Source of the DNA: Squalus acanthias
Lineage: Eukaryota
DNA: 64,000 bases
Assembly (NCBI GenBank): GCA_030390025.1
Contig: CM059432.1
Span: 142,416,001 to 142,480,000, forward strand
Direction of reading: 5' to 3'
The position numbers and the translations under genes were made by a program. A model generated the notes under the pieces. That model was not told the origin of the DNA, searched no databases, and worked only from the letters and a program-made list of their open reading frames with translations. Of the stretch, positions 36,762 to 49,041 are shown piece by piece. The stretch's first letter is position 1. The number at the start of each line of letters is the position of its first letter.

Positions 36762-38437
36762 TGTAGAATTCGCAATATATCGCGATTTTATTAATAAGGA
36801 GAAAAACACAGAGTTTCGTTCAAACAGCTTTTATTTCAGCAGAATGCTGTCAGGTTTCAAAGTGGACACAAGCAGTTTGTAAAATGGCCGCCGCACCTCG
36901 TGGCGGAACATTCTAGACCTTTCAACAGGCAGACAAGATGGCGTTCCAATATACATTTGTGCAAGATCGATTAAGATTCAGCACATTGAAGATAATACAC
37001 GAGACATCATGGGTTTGCAGTATACACATAGATACTGAAATCGGTCTCCCGGGTACGAATAAAGGCTATTGTATCAAGTAATCAAGGGCCCATCCAAAGA
37101 CATTAATATGTAAAATCCCAACGACTCTACGATGAGAGAGCCGTTAGCGGGTAGTTACAGAAAACACTTGGAGGCCCCAAAACCCCTCCAGGGAGAACAC
37201 CGACCGATTAAACAATGGGAGAAATATTAACAGGTACTCAGACATTTACGAGTAGCCCCGAAACCCATTAAAACCGGAGATCACCTATACAAGACATTTG
37301 AGCGCCAAACCCTAACAAAAGGAAAAGACATTAAGGTTGGGCGGGAAACGGAAGATTTTGTACTATAATTACAAGCTCCAACCGTCCATCTCTCTCTTAT
37401 CTTGCTGGTGTTCATCCTCGTGGCTGCTCCTGTGTTCTTGACTCTCCGTCTTGTTCCTGTTTGCCTGGTGTCTCTTTTAAAAGACTGTTGAACTTTGTGA
37501 TCCGTTCGGATCTACCTCGTGTCGTGTCACGAAGACCTGTGTTGGTAACCGGCATCGGAACCAAAGGCCCGAGAAGAGATGAGATGAGATGAGAAGAGAC
37601 GAAGACCATACTTATCGCCACGGTCAGTAAGCCCCGACCGCGCCTGTAGGTCGAATAGACAATTTTCCTTGCCAGGAAGACTTCTTTGAACTTTAAAGAA
37701 CGGACCCCGGAAGATTCTTCTTTGAGGTATTGACTGGTCTGTGAAACCCATCAGGGCAGATCCTCATGACGAACACCGAGAGATTATTCTCTTAAGTGTT
37801 GACTGGTACGTGAAACCCACAAACACAGATCTTCATAACAACAGACGTTCCAGCCTGCTAGCCGGAGCAGAAGCAAGTAAACAAGTGGGGCCAGGAGACC
37901 CCCTGATCGACACGTGGGTGCTGCGGTGAAAACATCCGATCAGCTATTCGGAATTTCTCCGAGTTATCACGAGTGGTGAGCATGAGTCTCGAATCCTACG
38001 AATCTAGCTAGGACAGATATTGATAGGGGAGGGTTTAAGTACTAAGGATAATTGTAATGTGTGCCCCCATTTACGGTGTGTCGTTCGTTCCTCGTTTCCC
38101 TAGAATTAGTTACATAACTGCGTGTAAGATTGTACTGTCATTAATCTGTGCTTATGACATGTATTTCGTAATCTTAAACATTATGCAATAAAGATTTTCC
38201 ATTTCGTACCATTCAACCGAGTCTACATGAGTTTCATCTCCATTACTGCTCTCGCATCTAAGTCCAGTGTCTAGAACCGTAAGGGCGAGTGATTCGAACC
38301 ACTCACAGGTGTGTCTAGTGTTCCCAGACTGGCTGGAGACCAGAACAGGCAACAAGGCCTAAACCCGCACTGACATACAGGCTGCACAGAGCCACACGAA
38401 TCTCACAGGCTGAGAGACACGCACGCAAACCCTTACA
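36762..38437 (+). mobile_element. Solo LTR (1676 bp), Gypsy- or ERV-like
   Basis: TGTA...TACA termini and 4-bp TSD ACGT on both sides. GC box and TATA-like tactataatt at ~37337-37370, AATAAA at ~38187. Second copy at 53829. Confidence 0.85.
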
Positions 38438-38534
38438 ACGTTTCAAAGCAGCATTTCTGCAACTTCACCAGATCTGTTAATTATGGGAAAAAAAGAGATA
38501 TTGTCCCATTTACTGTTAAAAGGGCAACTTTGAA

Positions 38535-38980
38535 AAGAAAGAATTTGCATTTATACAGCCTCAGGAAATTCCAAAGTGCTTTACAGCCATTGAAGTACTT
38601 CTGTTGTAATGTGAGAAACGCGGCCACCAATTTAGGCACAGCACGATCCCACAAACAGAAATGTGATAATGACCAGATCATCTGTTTTTTGGTGATGTTG
38701 TTTGAGGGATAAATATTGGCTCCAGGACACGGGGGAGAACTCCCCTGCTCTTCTCCAAAATAGTGTCATAGGATCTTTTACGTCCACCTGAGAGAGCAGA
38801 CGGGGCCTCGGTTTAATGTCTCATCTGAAAGGCGGCACCTCCGACAGTGCAGCACTCCCTCAGCACTGGCACTGGGAGTGTCAGCCTGGATTATGTGCTC
38901 AAGTCTCTGGAGTGGGACCTGAACGCATTGACCTTCTGACGCAGAGGCGAGAGCGCTGCCCACTGAGCCACAGCTGACAC
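38535..38980 (-). mobile_element. SacSINE1/Deu-type SINE
   Basis: Full reverse-complement copy. Confidence 0.85.
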
Positions 38981-39850
38981 TTTGAGCTTATTCAGTGTTA
39001 TGTATGATGTACTAATTTTGTTTGAATAAATGATAAACATTGTGTAATCAGGTTCTTAGGAAATATTTTCCTGCTCAGTTTTTGATGCTAATAAATTCTT
39101 CCTTAAATAGTCTGATTTCTTCCTAGATAATCTTTCAAATTCAAAAAGGAAATGTCAGTCAACCACAACGTAGGAAGATAGGAACAGGAGCAGGCCATTC
39201 AGCCCCATTCAATGAGATCATGGCTAATCTGCGACCTAACTCCATATACCCACCTTTGGCCCATATCCCTTAATACCTTTGGTTAACAGAAAGCTATCAA
39301 TCTCCGATTTAAAATTAACAATTGCCGTTTGCGGAAGAGAGTTCCAAACTTCTACCACCCATTGTGTGTAGAAGTGTTTCCTAATTTCACTCCTGAAAAG
39401 TCTGGCTCTAATTTTTAGACTCTGCCCCCTAGTCCTAGACTCCCAGACGTGTGGAAATAGTTTCTCTCTATCTACCCTATCTGTTCCCCTTAATGTCTTA
39501 AACTTCGATCAGATCACCCCTTAACCTTCTAAATTCCAGGGAATACAACCCTAATTTGTGTAATCTCTCCTCGTAACTTAACCCTTGAAGTCTGGGTATC
39601 ATTCTAGTAAACCTATGCTGCACTCCCTCCAAGGCCAATATATCCTTCCGAGGTGTGGTGCCCAGAACTGCTCACAGTGCTCCAGGTGTGGTCTAATCAG
39701 GGCTTTGTATAGCTGCAGCATAACTTCTAGCCCCTTGTATTCTAGTCCTCTAGATATAAAGGCCAGCATTCCATTAGCCTTTTTGATTATTTTCTGTACC
39801 TGTTCATGGCATTTTAATGATCTATGTACCTGGACTCTCAAGTCTCTTTG

Positions 39851-42703
39851 TGTCTTAATGCGAGGAGCATTCGGAATAAGGTGGATGAATTAGCTGTGCA
39901 AATAGAGGTAAACGAATATGATTTGATTGGGATTACGGAAACATGGCTCCAGGGTGGCCAAGGCTGGGAACTCAACATCCAGGGGTATTCAATATTCAGG
40001 AAAGATAGGCAAAAAGGAAAGGGAGGTGGGGTAGCATTGCTGGTTGAAGAGGGGATTAACACAATTGTAAGGAAGGATATTAGCTCTGATGATGTGGAAT
40101 CTGTATGGGTAGAACTGAGAAATACCAAGGGGCAGAAAACATTAGTGGGAGTGGTATATAGACCTCCAAACAGTAATGCGGAGGTTGGGGATGGCATTAA
40201 AAGGGAAATTAGAGAAGCGTGCAATAAGGGCACAGCAGTCATCATGGGTGACTTTAATCTACATATAGATTGGGCTAACCAAATTAGTAACAATACTGTG
40301 GAGGAGGAATTCCTGGAGTGTATACGGGATGGTTTCCTGGACCAATATGTCGAGAACCAATTAGAGATCAGGCCATCTTAGACTGGGTATTATGTAATGA
40401 GAAAGGATTACTTAGCAATCTTGTTGTACGAGGCCCCTTGGGTCGGAGCGATTATAATATGATAGAATTCTTCATTAAGATGGAGAGTGAAGTAGTTGAC
40501 TCAGAGACTAGGGTCCTGAATTTAAATAAAGGAAACTACGATGGTATGAGGCGCGAGTTGGGTAGGATTGATTGGGGAATGTCACTCAAAGGGTTGACGG
40601 TGGATAGGCAATGGCAGACTACAAAATTTGTTCATCCCAGTTTGGCATAAGAATAAAACAAAAAAGGTGACTCAACCGTGGCTAACAAGGAAAATTAGGG
40701 ATAGCATAAGATCCAAGGAGAGGACATATAAATTGGCCAGAAAAAGCAGTAAACCTGAGGATTGGGAGCAGTGTAGGATTCAACAAAGGAGGACAAAGGG
40801 ATTAATTAAGAAGGGGAAAATAGAATATGAGAGGAAGCTTGCAGGGAACATAAAAACTGACTGTAAAAGCTTTTATAGATATGTGAAGAGAAAAGGATTG
40901 GTGAAGTCAAGTGTAGGTCCCTTGCAGTCAGAATCAGGGGAACTTATAATGGGGAACAAAGAAATGGCAGACCAATTAAATACATATTTTGGTTCTGTCT
41001 TCACAAAGGAGGACACAAATAACCTCCCAGAGATGTCGGGGAACATAGGGTCTGATGAAAGGGAGGAACTGAAAGAAATCAGTATTTGTAGGGAAATGGT
41101 GTTAGGGAAATTGACGGGATTGAAGGCCGATAAATCCCCAGGGCCTGATAATCTACATCCTAGGGTACTTAAGGAAGTGGCCCTAGAAATAGTAGATGCA
41201 TTGCTGATCATCGTCCAACATTCAATGAAATCTGGAATAATACCCATGGATTGGAGGGTAGCTAATGTTACCCCACTATTCAAAAAAGGTGGTAGAGAGA
41301 AAATGGGGAATTACAGACATCGGTAGTGGGGAAAATGCTAGAGTCCATTATAAAAGATGTAATAGCAGAGCACTTGGAAAACAGTGACAGGATCGGACAA
41401 AGTCAACAGGGATTTACAAAAGGTAAATCGTGCTTGACTAATCTACTGAAATTTTTTGAGGATGTAACTGGTAAAATAGATAAGGGAGAACCAGTGGATG
41501 TGGTGTATTTGGACTTTCAAAAGGCTTTCGATAAGGTCCCGCATAAGAGATTAGCATGTAAAGTTAAGGCACATGGGATTGGGGGCAAGGTATTGACTTG
41601 GATAGAGAACTGGTTGGCAGACAGAAAGCAAAGAGTTGGAATAAACGGGTCTTTTTCCGAGTGGCAGGCAGTGACTAGTGGGGTACCGCAGGGATCGGTC
41701 CTTGGACCCCAGCTATTCACAATATATATTAATGATCTAGACAAGGGAACTAGATGTAATATTTCCAAGTTTGCAGATGACACAAAGCTGGGTGGGCGTG
41801 TGTGCTGTGAGGAGGATGCTGAGAAACTCCAGTATGATTTGGACAGGTTGGGTGATTGGGCAGATGCATGGCAGATGCAATATAATGTGGATAAATGCGA
41901 GGTTATCCACTTTGGTGTCAAAAACAGGAAGGCAGATTATTATCTGAATGGCAATAGATTGGGAGAAGGGGAAGTGCAACGAGACCTGGGTGTCCTTGTG
42001 CACCAGTCGCTGAAGGTAAGCATGCAGGTGCAGCAGGCGGTTAAGAAGGCAAATGGTATGTTGTCCTTCGTAGCAAGAGGGTTTGAGTACAGGAACAAGG
42101 ATGTCTTGCTGCAATTGTACAGGGCCTTGGTGAGACCACATCTTGAGTATTGTGTGCAGTTTTGGTCGCCTTATCTGAGGAAGGAGGTTCTTGCCATGGA
42201 AGGAGTTCAGCGAAGATTCACCAGGCTGATACCTGGGATGGCAGGAATGACGTATGAGGAGAGATTGGGTCGATTGGGCTTATACTCGCTGGAGTTTAGA
42301 AGAATGAGAGGGGATCTCATTGAAACTTATAAAATTCTGACAGGACTGGACAAACTAGATGCAGGAAGGATGTTCCCGATGGTCGGGGAGTCCAGAACCA
42401 GGGGTCACAGTCTAAGGATAAGGGGTAAGCCATTTAGGACAGAAATGAGGAGGAATTTCTTCACCCAGAGGGTGGTGAACCTGTGGAATTCTCTACCACA
42501 GAAGGCAGTAGAGGCCAATTCATTAAATATATTCAAGAAGGAGTTGGATATATTTCTTAAGGCTAAAGGGATCAAGGGATATGGGGAGAAAGCAGGGACA
42601 GGGTTCTGAATTTGGATGATCAGCCATGATCTCATTGAATGGCGGAGCAGGCTCGAGGGGCAGAATGACCTACTCCTGCTCCTATCTTCTATGTTTCTAT
42701 GTT
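39851..42703 (+). mobile_element. CR1/HER1 LINE, near-complete ORF2 with frameshifts
   Basis: ORFs 39824-42609: NARS, ITETW, GDFN, YLDFQKAFD, GVPQGS, FADD. 8-bp TSD tctctttg at 39843-39850 and 42704-42711. Confidence 0.95.
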
Positions 42704-43152
42704 TCTCTTTGGACCTCCACTGTTTTTAGCTTTTCACCATTTACAAATTACTCTGTTCTATCCTTTTTAGTTCCAAAGTGGATGACCTCACATTTACCTA
42801 CATTGAAATTCATTTGCCACAGTTTTGCCCATTCACTTAATCTGTCGATATCCCTTTGTAATTTTATGCTTTCTTCTACACTGCCTACAATGCCGCCTAT
42901 CTTTGTGTCATTGGTAAATTTGGATGTATGACTTTCTATGCCATCATCTAAGTCGTTAATAAATACTGTGAATAGTTGAGGCCCCAACACAGATCCCCGC
43001 GGGACACCACTAGTCACCTCCTGCCAATTTGAGTACATACCCATTATCCCTAATAAAATAGCAAAATACTGCGGATGCTGGAAATCTGAAATAACAACAG
43101 AAATGCTGGAAACACTCAGCAGGCCAGGCAGCATCCGTGGAGAGAGAAACAG

Positions 43153-43189
43153 AGTTAACGTTTCAGGTCTGTGACCCTTCGTCAGAAAT
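43153..43189 (-). ncRNA. Minimal hammerhead ribozyme in the Penelope pLTR
   Basis: Minus strand CTGACGA AGGGTC ACA GACCT GAAA CG TT AACT. Confidence 0.7.
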
Positions 43190-43303
43190 GAAAAAAGTGA
43201 GAGATGTAACAGATTTTAAGCAGGTGCAGAATCAGGAAAAGGGGGAGGGGAGGAAAGAACAAAAGTGACGGTCTGTGACAGGGTGGAAGGCAGGAGAGAT
43301 TAA

Positions 43304-43465
43304 GGGGGCTAAATTCGGTTGATTTGTGCCTCCCGTTAGCCGGGACGCACTGCACCAGGCCCCTCCCCTTCCAGTAGTGCCCCTCCTCCCTCTCGGGGCG
43401 CTACCTGGGAAAATCGGCCTGCGGGGGCGCTAACCTTTTCGGGGCGCTACCCAACTTTTACCCCT
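43304..43465. mobile_element. Short Harbinger-like MITE inserted in the Penelope element
   Basis: Ends gggggctaaattcggttg / aacttttacccc, TAA-like 3-bp target. Deleted, inverted relative of 45607-46185. Confidence 0.7.
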
Positions 43466-45193
43466 AAATGTTGCAAATGGGAATGGAAGAATAATCAAGA
43501 GCTGCCGCCTGAAAAAATAGGGGCAGGGGTTATAGTCTGAAATTGTTGAACTCAATGTTGAGTCCAGAAGGCTGTAAAGTGCCTAATAGAAAGATGAGGT
43601 GCTGTTCCTTGAGCTTACGTTGGAACAATGTAAGAGGCCGAGGACAGAGAGGTCAGAGTGGGAGTGGCGCGGAGAATTAAAGTGACAGGCGACCGGAAGC
43701 TCGTGGTCACCTTGACGAACTGAATGGAGGTGTTCTGCAAAGCGGTCACCCAATCTCCCCAATGTAGAGGAGACCGCACTGTGAGCAGCGAACACAGTAT
43801 ACTAAATTGCAAGAAGTACAAGTAAATCGCTGTTTCACCTGGAAGGAGTGTTTGGGGCCCTGGACAGTGGGAAGGGAGGAGGTAAAAAGGGCATGTGTTG
43901 CATCTCCTGCGCTTGCACGGGAAGGTGCCGGGCGAAGGGGAAGGGGTGTTGGGGGTGATTGAGGAGTGGACCAGGGTGTCGCGGAGGGAGCGGTCCCTTC
44001 GGAATGCTGAAAGGGGAGGGGAGGGGAAGATGTGTTTGGTGGTGGGATCACGCTGGAGGTGACGGAAATGGTGGAGGATGATCCGTTGAATGTGCAGGCT
44101 GGTGGGGTGAAAGATGAGGACAAGGGGAACCCTATCGTGGTTCCGGGAGGGAGGGGCAGGGGTGAGAGCAGAAGTGTGGGAAATGGAATGGACACGGTGG
44201 ATGGCCGTGTCAACCACGATAGAGGGGAATCCTCGGTTGTAGAAAAAGGAAGACATATCGGAAGCACTGCTATGGAAGGTGGTATCGTCAGAACAGATGT
44301 GGCGGAGACGGAGAAACTGGGAGAATGGAATAGAGTCCTTACAGGAAGTGGGGTGGGAGGAAGTGTAGCTGTGGGAATCGGTGGGCTTATAGTGGATGTT
44401 TGTCGATAGCCTATCCCCAGAAATGGAGACAGAGAAGTCGAGGAAGGAAAGAGAAGAGTTGGAGATGGACCATGTGAAGGTGAGGGAACGGTGGAAATTG
44501 GAAGCAAAGTGAATGAAATTTTCTAGTTCAGGGCGAGAGCAGGAAACGGCACCGATACAGTCATCAATGTACCAGAAAAAGAGGTGAGGGAGGGGACCCG
44601 AGTAGGACTGGAACAAAGAATGTTCCACTTATCTCACGAAAAGGCAGGCATAGCTAGGACCCATGGGGGGGTTCCCATAGCAACACCTTTAATTTGGAGG
44701 AAGTGAGTGGAGTCAGAGGAGAAGTTGTTCAATGTGAGAACAAGTTCAGCCAGGCAGAGGAGGGTGGTGGTGGATGGGGACTGGTTGGGCCTCTGTTCAA
44801 GGAAGAAGCGGAGCGCCCTCAGGCCATCCTGGTGGGGGATGGAGGTGTAGAGGGATTGGACGTCCATAGTGAAAAGGAGACGGTTGGAGCCAGGAAACTG
44901 GAAACTGTTAAAGTGGTGGAGAGCGTTGGAAGAGTTGCGAATGTAGATGGGAAGAGACTGGACAAGGGGAGAAAAAATAGAGTCGAGATAGGAAGAGATA
45001 AGTTCCGTGGGGCAAGAACAGGCTGAAACGATGGGTCTACCAGGGCAGCCCTGTTTCTGCCATCCCCATTTGCAACATTTAACCACTCCTGCCTTCCACC
45101 CTATCACAGACCGTCCCTTTTGTTCTTTCCTCCCCTCCCCCCTTTCCCTGCCTCTGCACCTGCTTAAAACCTGTTACATCTCTAACTTTTTCC

Positions 45194-45230
45194 AGTTCTG
45201 ACGAAGGGTCACAGACCTGAAACGTTAACT
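45194..45230 (+). ncRNA. Minimal hammerhead ribozyme in the inverted pLTR
   Basis: AGTT CTGACGA AGGGTC ACA GACCT GAAA CG TT AACT (stem I AGTT/AACT). Confidence 0.75.
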
Positions 45231-45606
45231 CTGTTTCTCTCTCTACGGATGCTGCCTGACCTGCTGAGTATTTGCAACATTTTCTGTTGTTATTACCCAT
45301 TATCCCTACTTTCTGTCTCCTGCCGCTCAGCCAATATCCTAAACAGGTCAATATTTGCCCTCAATTCCGTGGGCTTCTTCCTTAGTTAACAGTCTCTTAT
45401 GTGGGACTTTATCAAATGCCTTCTGCAAGTCCATATAAATAACATCCATAGACATTCCCCTGTCCACTACTTTAGTCACCTCCTCAAAAAATTTCAACCA
45501 GGTTTGTCAGGCAAGACCAACCTTTCACAAATCCATGCTGGCTCTCTCTGATTAACCGAAAATTTTTGAGGTGTTCAGTCACCCTATCCTTAATTATAGA
45601 CTCTAG

Positions 45607-46185
45607 AGGGGAAAAATTGAGTCACGCCCCCTTTGGGGCGCTACCTTCGCCGGGGCGCTACTTTTAACACCCCGGAAAAATTAGCGCCCCTGCGGCCGAA
45701 ATTGAGTGGTAACGCCCCAAGAGGGAAGCGGGGCGCTACTGGAAGCACCCGCCTCCCTCTTGGGGCACTGTGAGGGAATATCACGGCGCTATACGCCGCG
45801 GTATTGCAGGCCTTCCTCCCCTTATTAAAGGGGAGGGGCCTTGCGCAGCGCAACCCGGGCCCCGGGCGGTCAGCAACAAAAATGGCCGGCCCGGCCCCTC
45901 GCCTTTAAATAGCGCCGACCCGGCCGCAGGTAGTGTCCGGCAGCAAGTCAGGGGGCGCTACCGAAGATCGTGGCCAGGGTGCGAGCGGGGCGTTGCGCAT
46001 GGCGATGATGTCATCGCCGGTGGCACAGCGCCGCGGGCCGCTAACGGTTACCGCTGCCGCTAACCACCCGCTCAATTTCGCGGGAGGTGTTGGCGGCGCC
46101 GTGCCCGGGCGCCAGTTGCTTTGTGCCCCGTTAGCGCCCTCTTAGGGTGCTAATGGGAGGCGCAAAGCAACCGAATTTTTCCCCC
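45607..46185. mobile_element. GC-rich PIF/Harbinger-like MITE
   Basis: TIRs ggggaaaaatt / aatttttcccc, 3-bp flanks tag/aag, repeated GGGGCGCTA motifs. Interrupts CR1. Confidence 0.75.
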
Positions 46186-47007
46186 AAGCAATTTCCCGAC
46201 AACAGATGTTAGGCTAACTGGTCTATAATTCCCTGGTTTCCCTCTCTCGCCATTCTTAAATAGTGAATGACATGCACAATTTTCCAATCTAAAGGAACGG
46301 TTCCCGAATCGAGAGAACTTTGGAAGATTAGAGTTAGAGCATTTGTAATGTGCTCACCTACTTCCTTTAAAACCCTGGGATGGAAACCATCTGGTCCTGG
46401 GGATTTTCTTCATTACTGTTATTTTACTTACATTAATTTTATTGAGTCCCTGTCCCTGATTCAACATTAGTTTCCTTGGGATTTCCAGCATGCTATCCTC
46501 TTCCTCTACTGTAAATATTGACGCAAAGTAATTATTCAACATGTCCGCCATTTCCTTATTATCATTGACAATATCACCGCTTTCAGTTTTTAAGGGGCCA
46601 ACATTGCTCCTGACTACCCCCTTTTTCCGAATGTAATTGTAAAAATTCTTTGTGTTGATTTTGATATCCACTGCAAGTTTCTTTTCATACACTTTTTTTG
46701 TAGCTCTTACTATCTGTTTTGTGACCATTTGCTGTTCTTTGTCTCTTTCTCATTTGCCACCTACATCTGCTATTTTTTGCATTTTTGTATGCTTTTTCTT
46801 TTATGCTGTCCCTTACCTCTTTAGTCGTCCATGGCTTTTTTTTGGCAAGTAGAGCTCGTGCCCCTCAGGGGTATAAACTGGTTCTGTATCACATTCAATT
46901 CTTTTTTGAGCATCTCCCACTGATCTTCTGTTGTTTTACCCATTCACAGATTTACTGTGGACAGTCTCTGTCTCATCCTTAAACTAATCACACCAAGTTT
47001 TAATTCG

Positions 47008-47130
47008 CTCTCTCTCACTTTCTCTCTCTTGCTCTCTCTCTCGCTCACTCACTCTTTCTCTTGCTCTCTCTTGTTCACTCTCTTGCTCGCTCGCTCTCTC
47101 TCTCTCTCTCTCTCATTCTCTTTCACTCTA
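47008..47130. repeat. (CT)n-rich microsatellite
   Basis: Directly visible. Confidence 0.9.
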
Positions 47131-47704
47131 TCTGCTGCCTCTCACCAGATTCCTCTAGCGGGTTTAACACCTGATGGGCCTCCACCATCTCGCCTCGTGA
47201 GTTCTAGTTAAAATAGCGCTGTGACGCCGATGACATCATCAGGCCGCGAGTTTCACATTTCAATCAGGCGCTGGGGGAGTGGAACTAATTGGACAGCACA
47301 GGCATGATGGGCAGAATTTCTGGATACTTTCGATAAAACTGGAGGGCGTTGGATTAATTTGAGGGTTAACCTTGTCCTCAAACTGTAAATTGGGGACTGT
47401 CTCTTTAAGATCCAGTGGAAGGCGCAAACTTCCTCATTTCAATCCCAACGTCGACATGTGTTGTCACATTACCTCTTGCCCCGCCCCCAAGCTCTCACCA
47501 TTGGTTGCCCGACATGCCATTATCGCAAGGCCCCGCCTTCCCACGGCCAATTGGAAGTTGAACAGAGTCATCATTACCTGATTGGATGATTCTTGACCGT
47601 CAGTAAAACAGCCTTTTTTCCCCCAATTTCCAATATTTTTATAACTAATAAACGAAAGAAAATGGAAAAAACACCTAATTTTCTTGAACGCCCCTATGAC
47701 TTTT

Positions 47705-48495
47705 ACATAGGATATACGGCACAGAAACAGGCCATTCGGCCCAACCCGTTTATGCTCCACTCGAGCCTCCTCCCGTCTTTCCTCATCTAACTCTATCAGC
47801 ATAACCCTCTATTCCCTTCTCCCTCTTATGCTTATCTACCTCCCCTTAAATGCATCTATACTATTCGCTGCAACCACTCCCTGTGGTAGCGAGTTCCACA
47901 TTCTCACCGCTCTCTGGGTAAAGAAGTTTCTCCTGAATTCCCGATTGGATTTCTTGGTGACTATCTTATATTGATGGTCCCTAGTAATGCTCTTCCCCAC
48001 AAGTGGAAACATTCTCTCTGTGTCTATTCTATCAAAACCTTTCATAATTTTAAATACCTCTATTAGGTCGCCCCTCAGCCTTCTCTTTTCAGGAGGAATG
48101 AGGCTCAGTCTGTTCATCCTTTCCTGCTGGGTATAACCTCGCATTTCTGGTATCATTCTTGCAAATCTTTTTTGCACCCTCTCCAGTGCCTCTATATCCT
48201 TTTTATAATATGGCGGCCAGAATTGTACACAGTACTCCATGTTTAGCATAACTTCTCTACTTTTCAATTTTATCCTCTAGAAATAAACCCTAGTGCTTGT
48301 TATGGCCTTATTAACCTGCGTCGCTACTTTTAGTGATTTGTGTATTTGTACTCCGAGATCCCTTTGCTCTTCTACCCCATTTAGATTCTTATTTTCCAAG
48401 TAATATGTGACCTCCTTATTTTTCTTACCAAAATGTAATAGCTCACATTTATCTGTGCTGAAATTCATTTGCCAATTATATGCCCATTCTGCAAG
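47705..48495 (-). mobile_element. CR1 3' fragment
   Basis: ORFs 47836-48267 and 48277-48468. Confidence 0.88.
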
Positions 48496-49041
48496 TTTAT
48501 TCTCCCGGGTGTTGCTCTGCTACAGAACCATAATTGTCAAAGCTGGGATTCAGGTAGGAGCTATTCAAAAGTGGCGTCAAATACTCCCGATGATCTCCCT
48601 TCAGGCAGTGATTTCTCCGGCCCACGTTCTGTGGCTTGCTGTCTCGGGTAGAGCTCTTTGAATGATCCCACAACTTGTGTTCTGTCAATGCATAAACCAT
48701 ATATGCTTAATATTTGGGGCAGCCCACAGAGTGGGTAGCACTCTCGCCTCTGAGTCAGAAGGTTGTGGGTTCAATTCCCACGCCAGAGACTTAAGCACGT
48801 AACATAAGAACATAAGAACATAAGAAATAGGAGCAGGAGTAGGCCAATCGGCCCCTCGAGCCTGCTCCGCCATTCAATAAGATCATGGCTGATCTGATCC
48901 TAACCGCCAATCTACTATCTATCACAGAACCATCTCCTGCATCTAACAGAATTGCACACACGAAATAGGAGCAGAATCAGGCTACACGGTCCCTGGGCCC
49001 GCTCCACTACCCACAGGGCCATGACCGATCCGAACCTAGAC

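Larger units (their letters stand above)
43053..45293 (-). mobile_element. Penelope-like element (RT + GIY-YIG), 5'-truncated, with inverted pLTR
   Basis: GRPIVS, MDVQSLYTSIPH, GVAMGT, YIDD, NLVYCVRCSQCGLLYIGE. Inverted copy of the 3' end at ~45056-45293. 15-bp TSD tacccattatcccta at 43038-43052 and 45294-45308. Confidence 0.92.
39175..46990 (-). mobile_element. Older CR1 LINE split into four pieces (39175-39850, 42704-43052, 45294-45606, 46186-46990) by later insertions
   Basis: Colinear ORF2 fragments (46354-46728, 42748-43134, 39599-39841) rejoin across TSDs. Confidence 0.85.
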
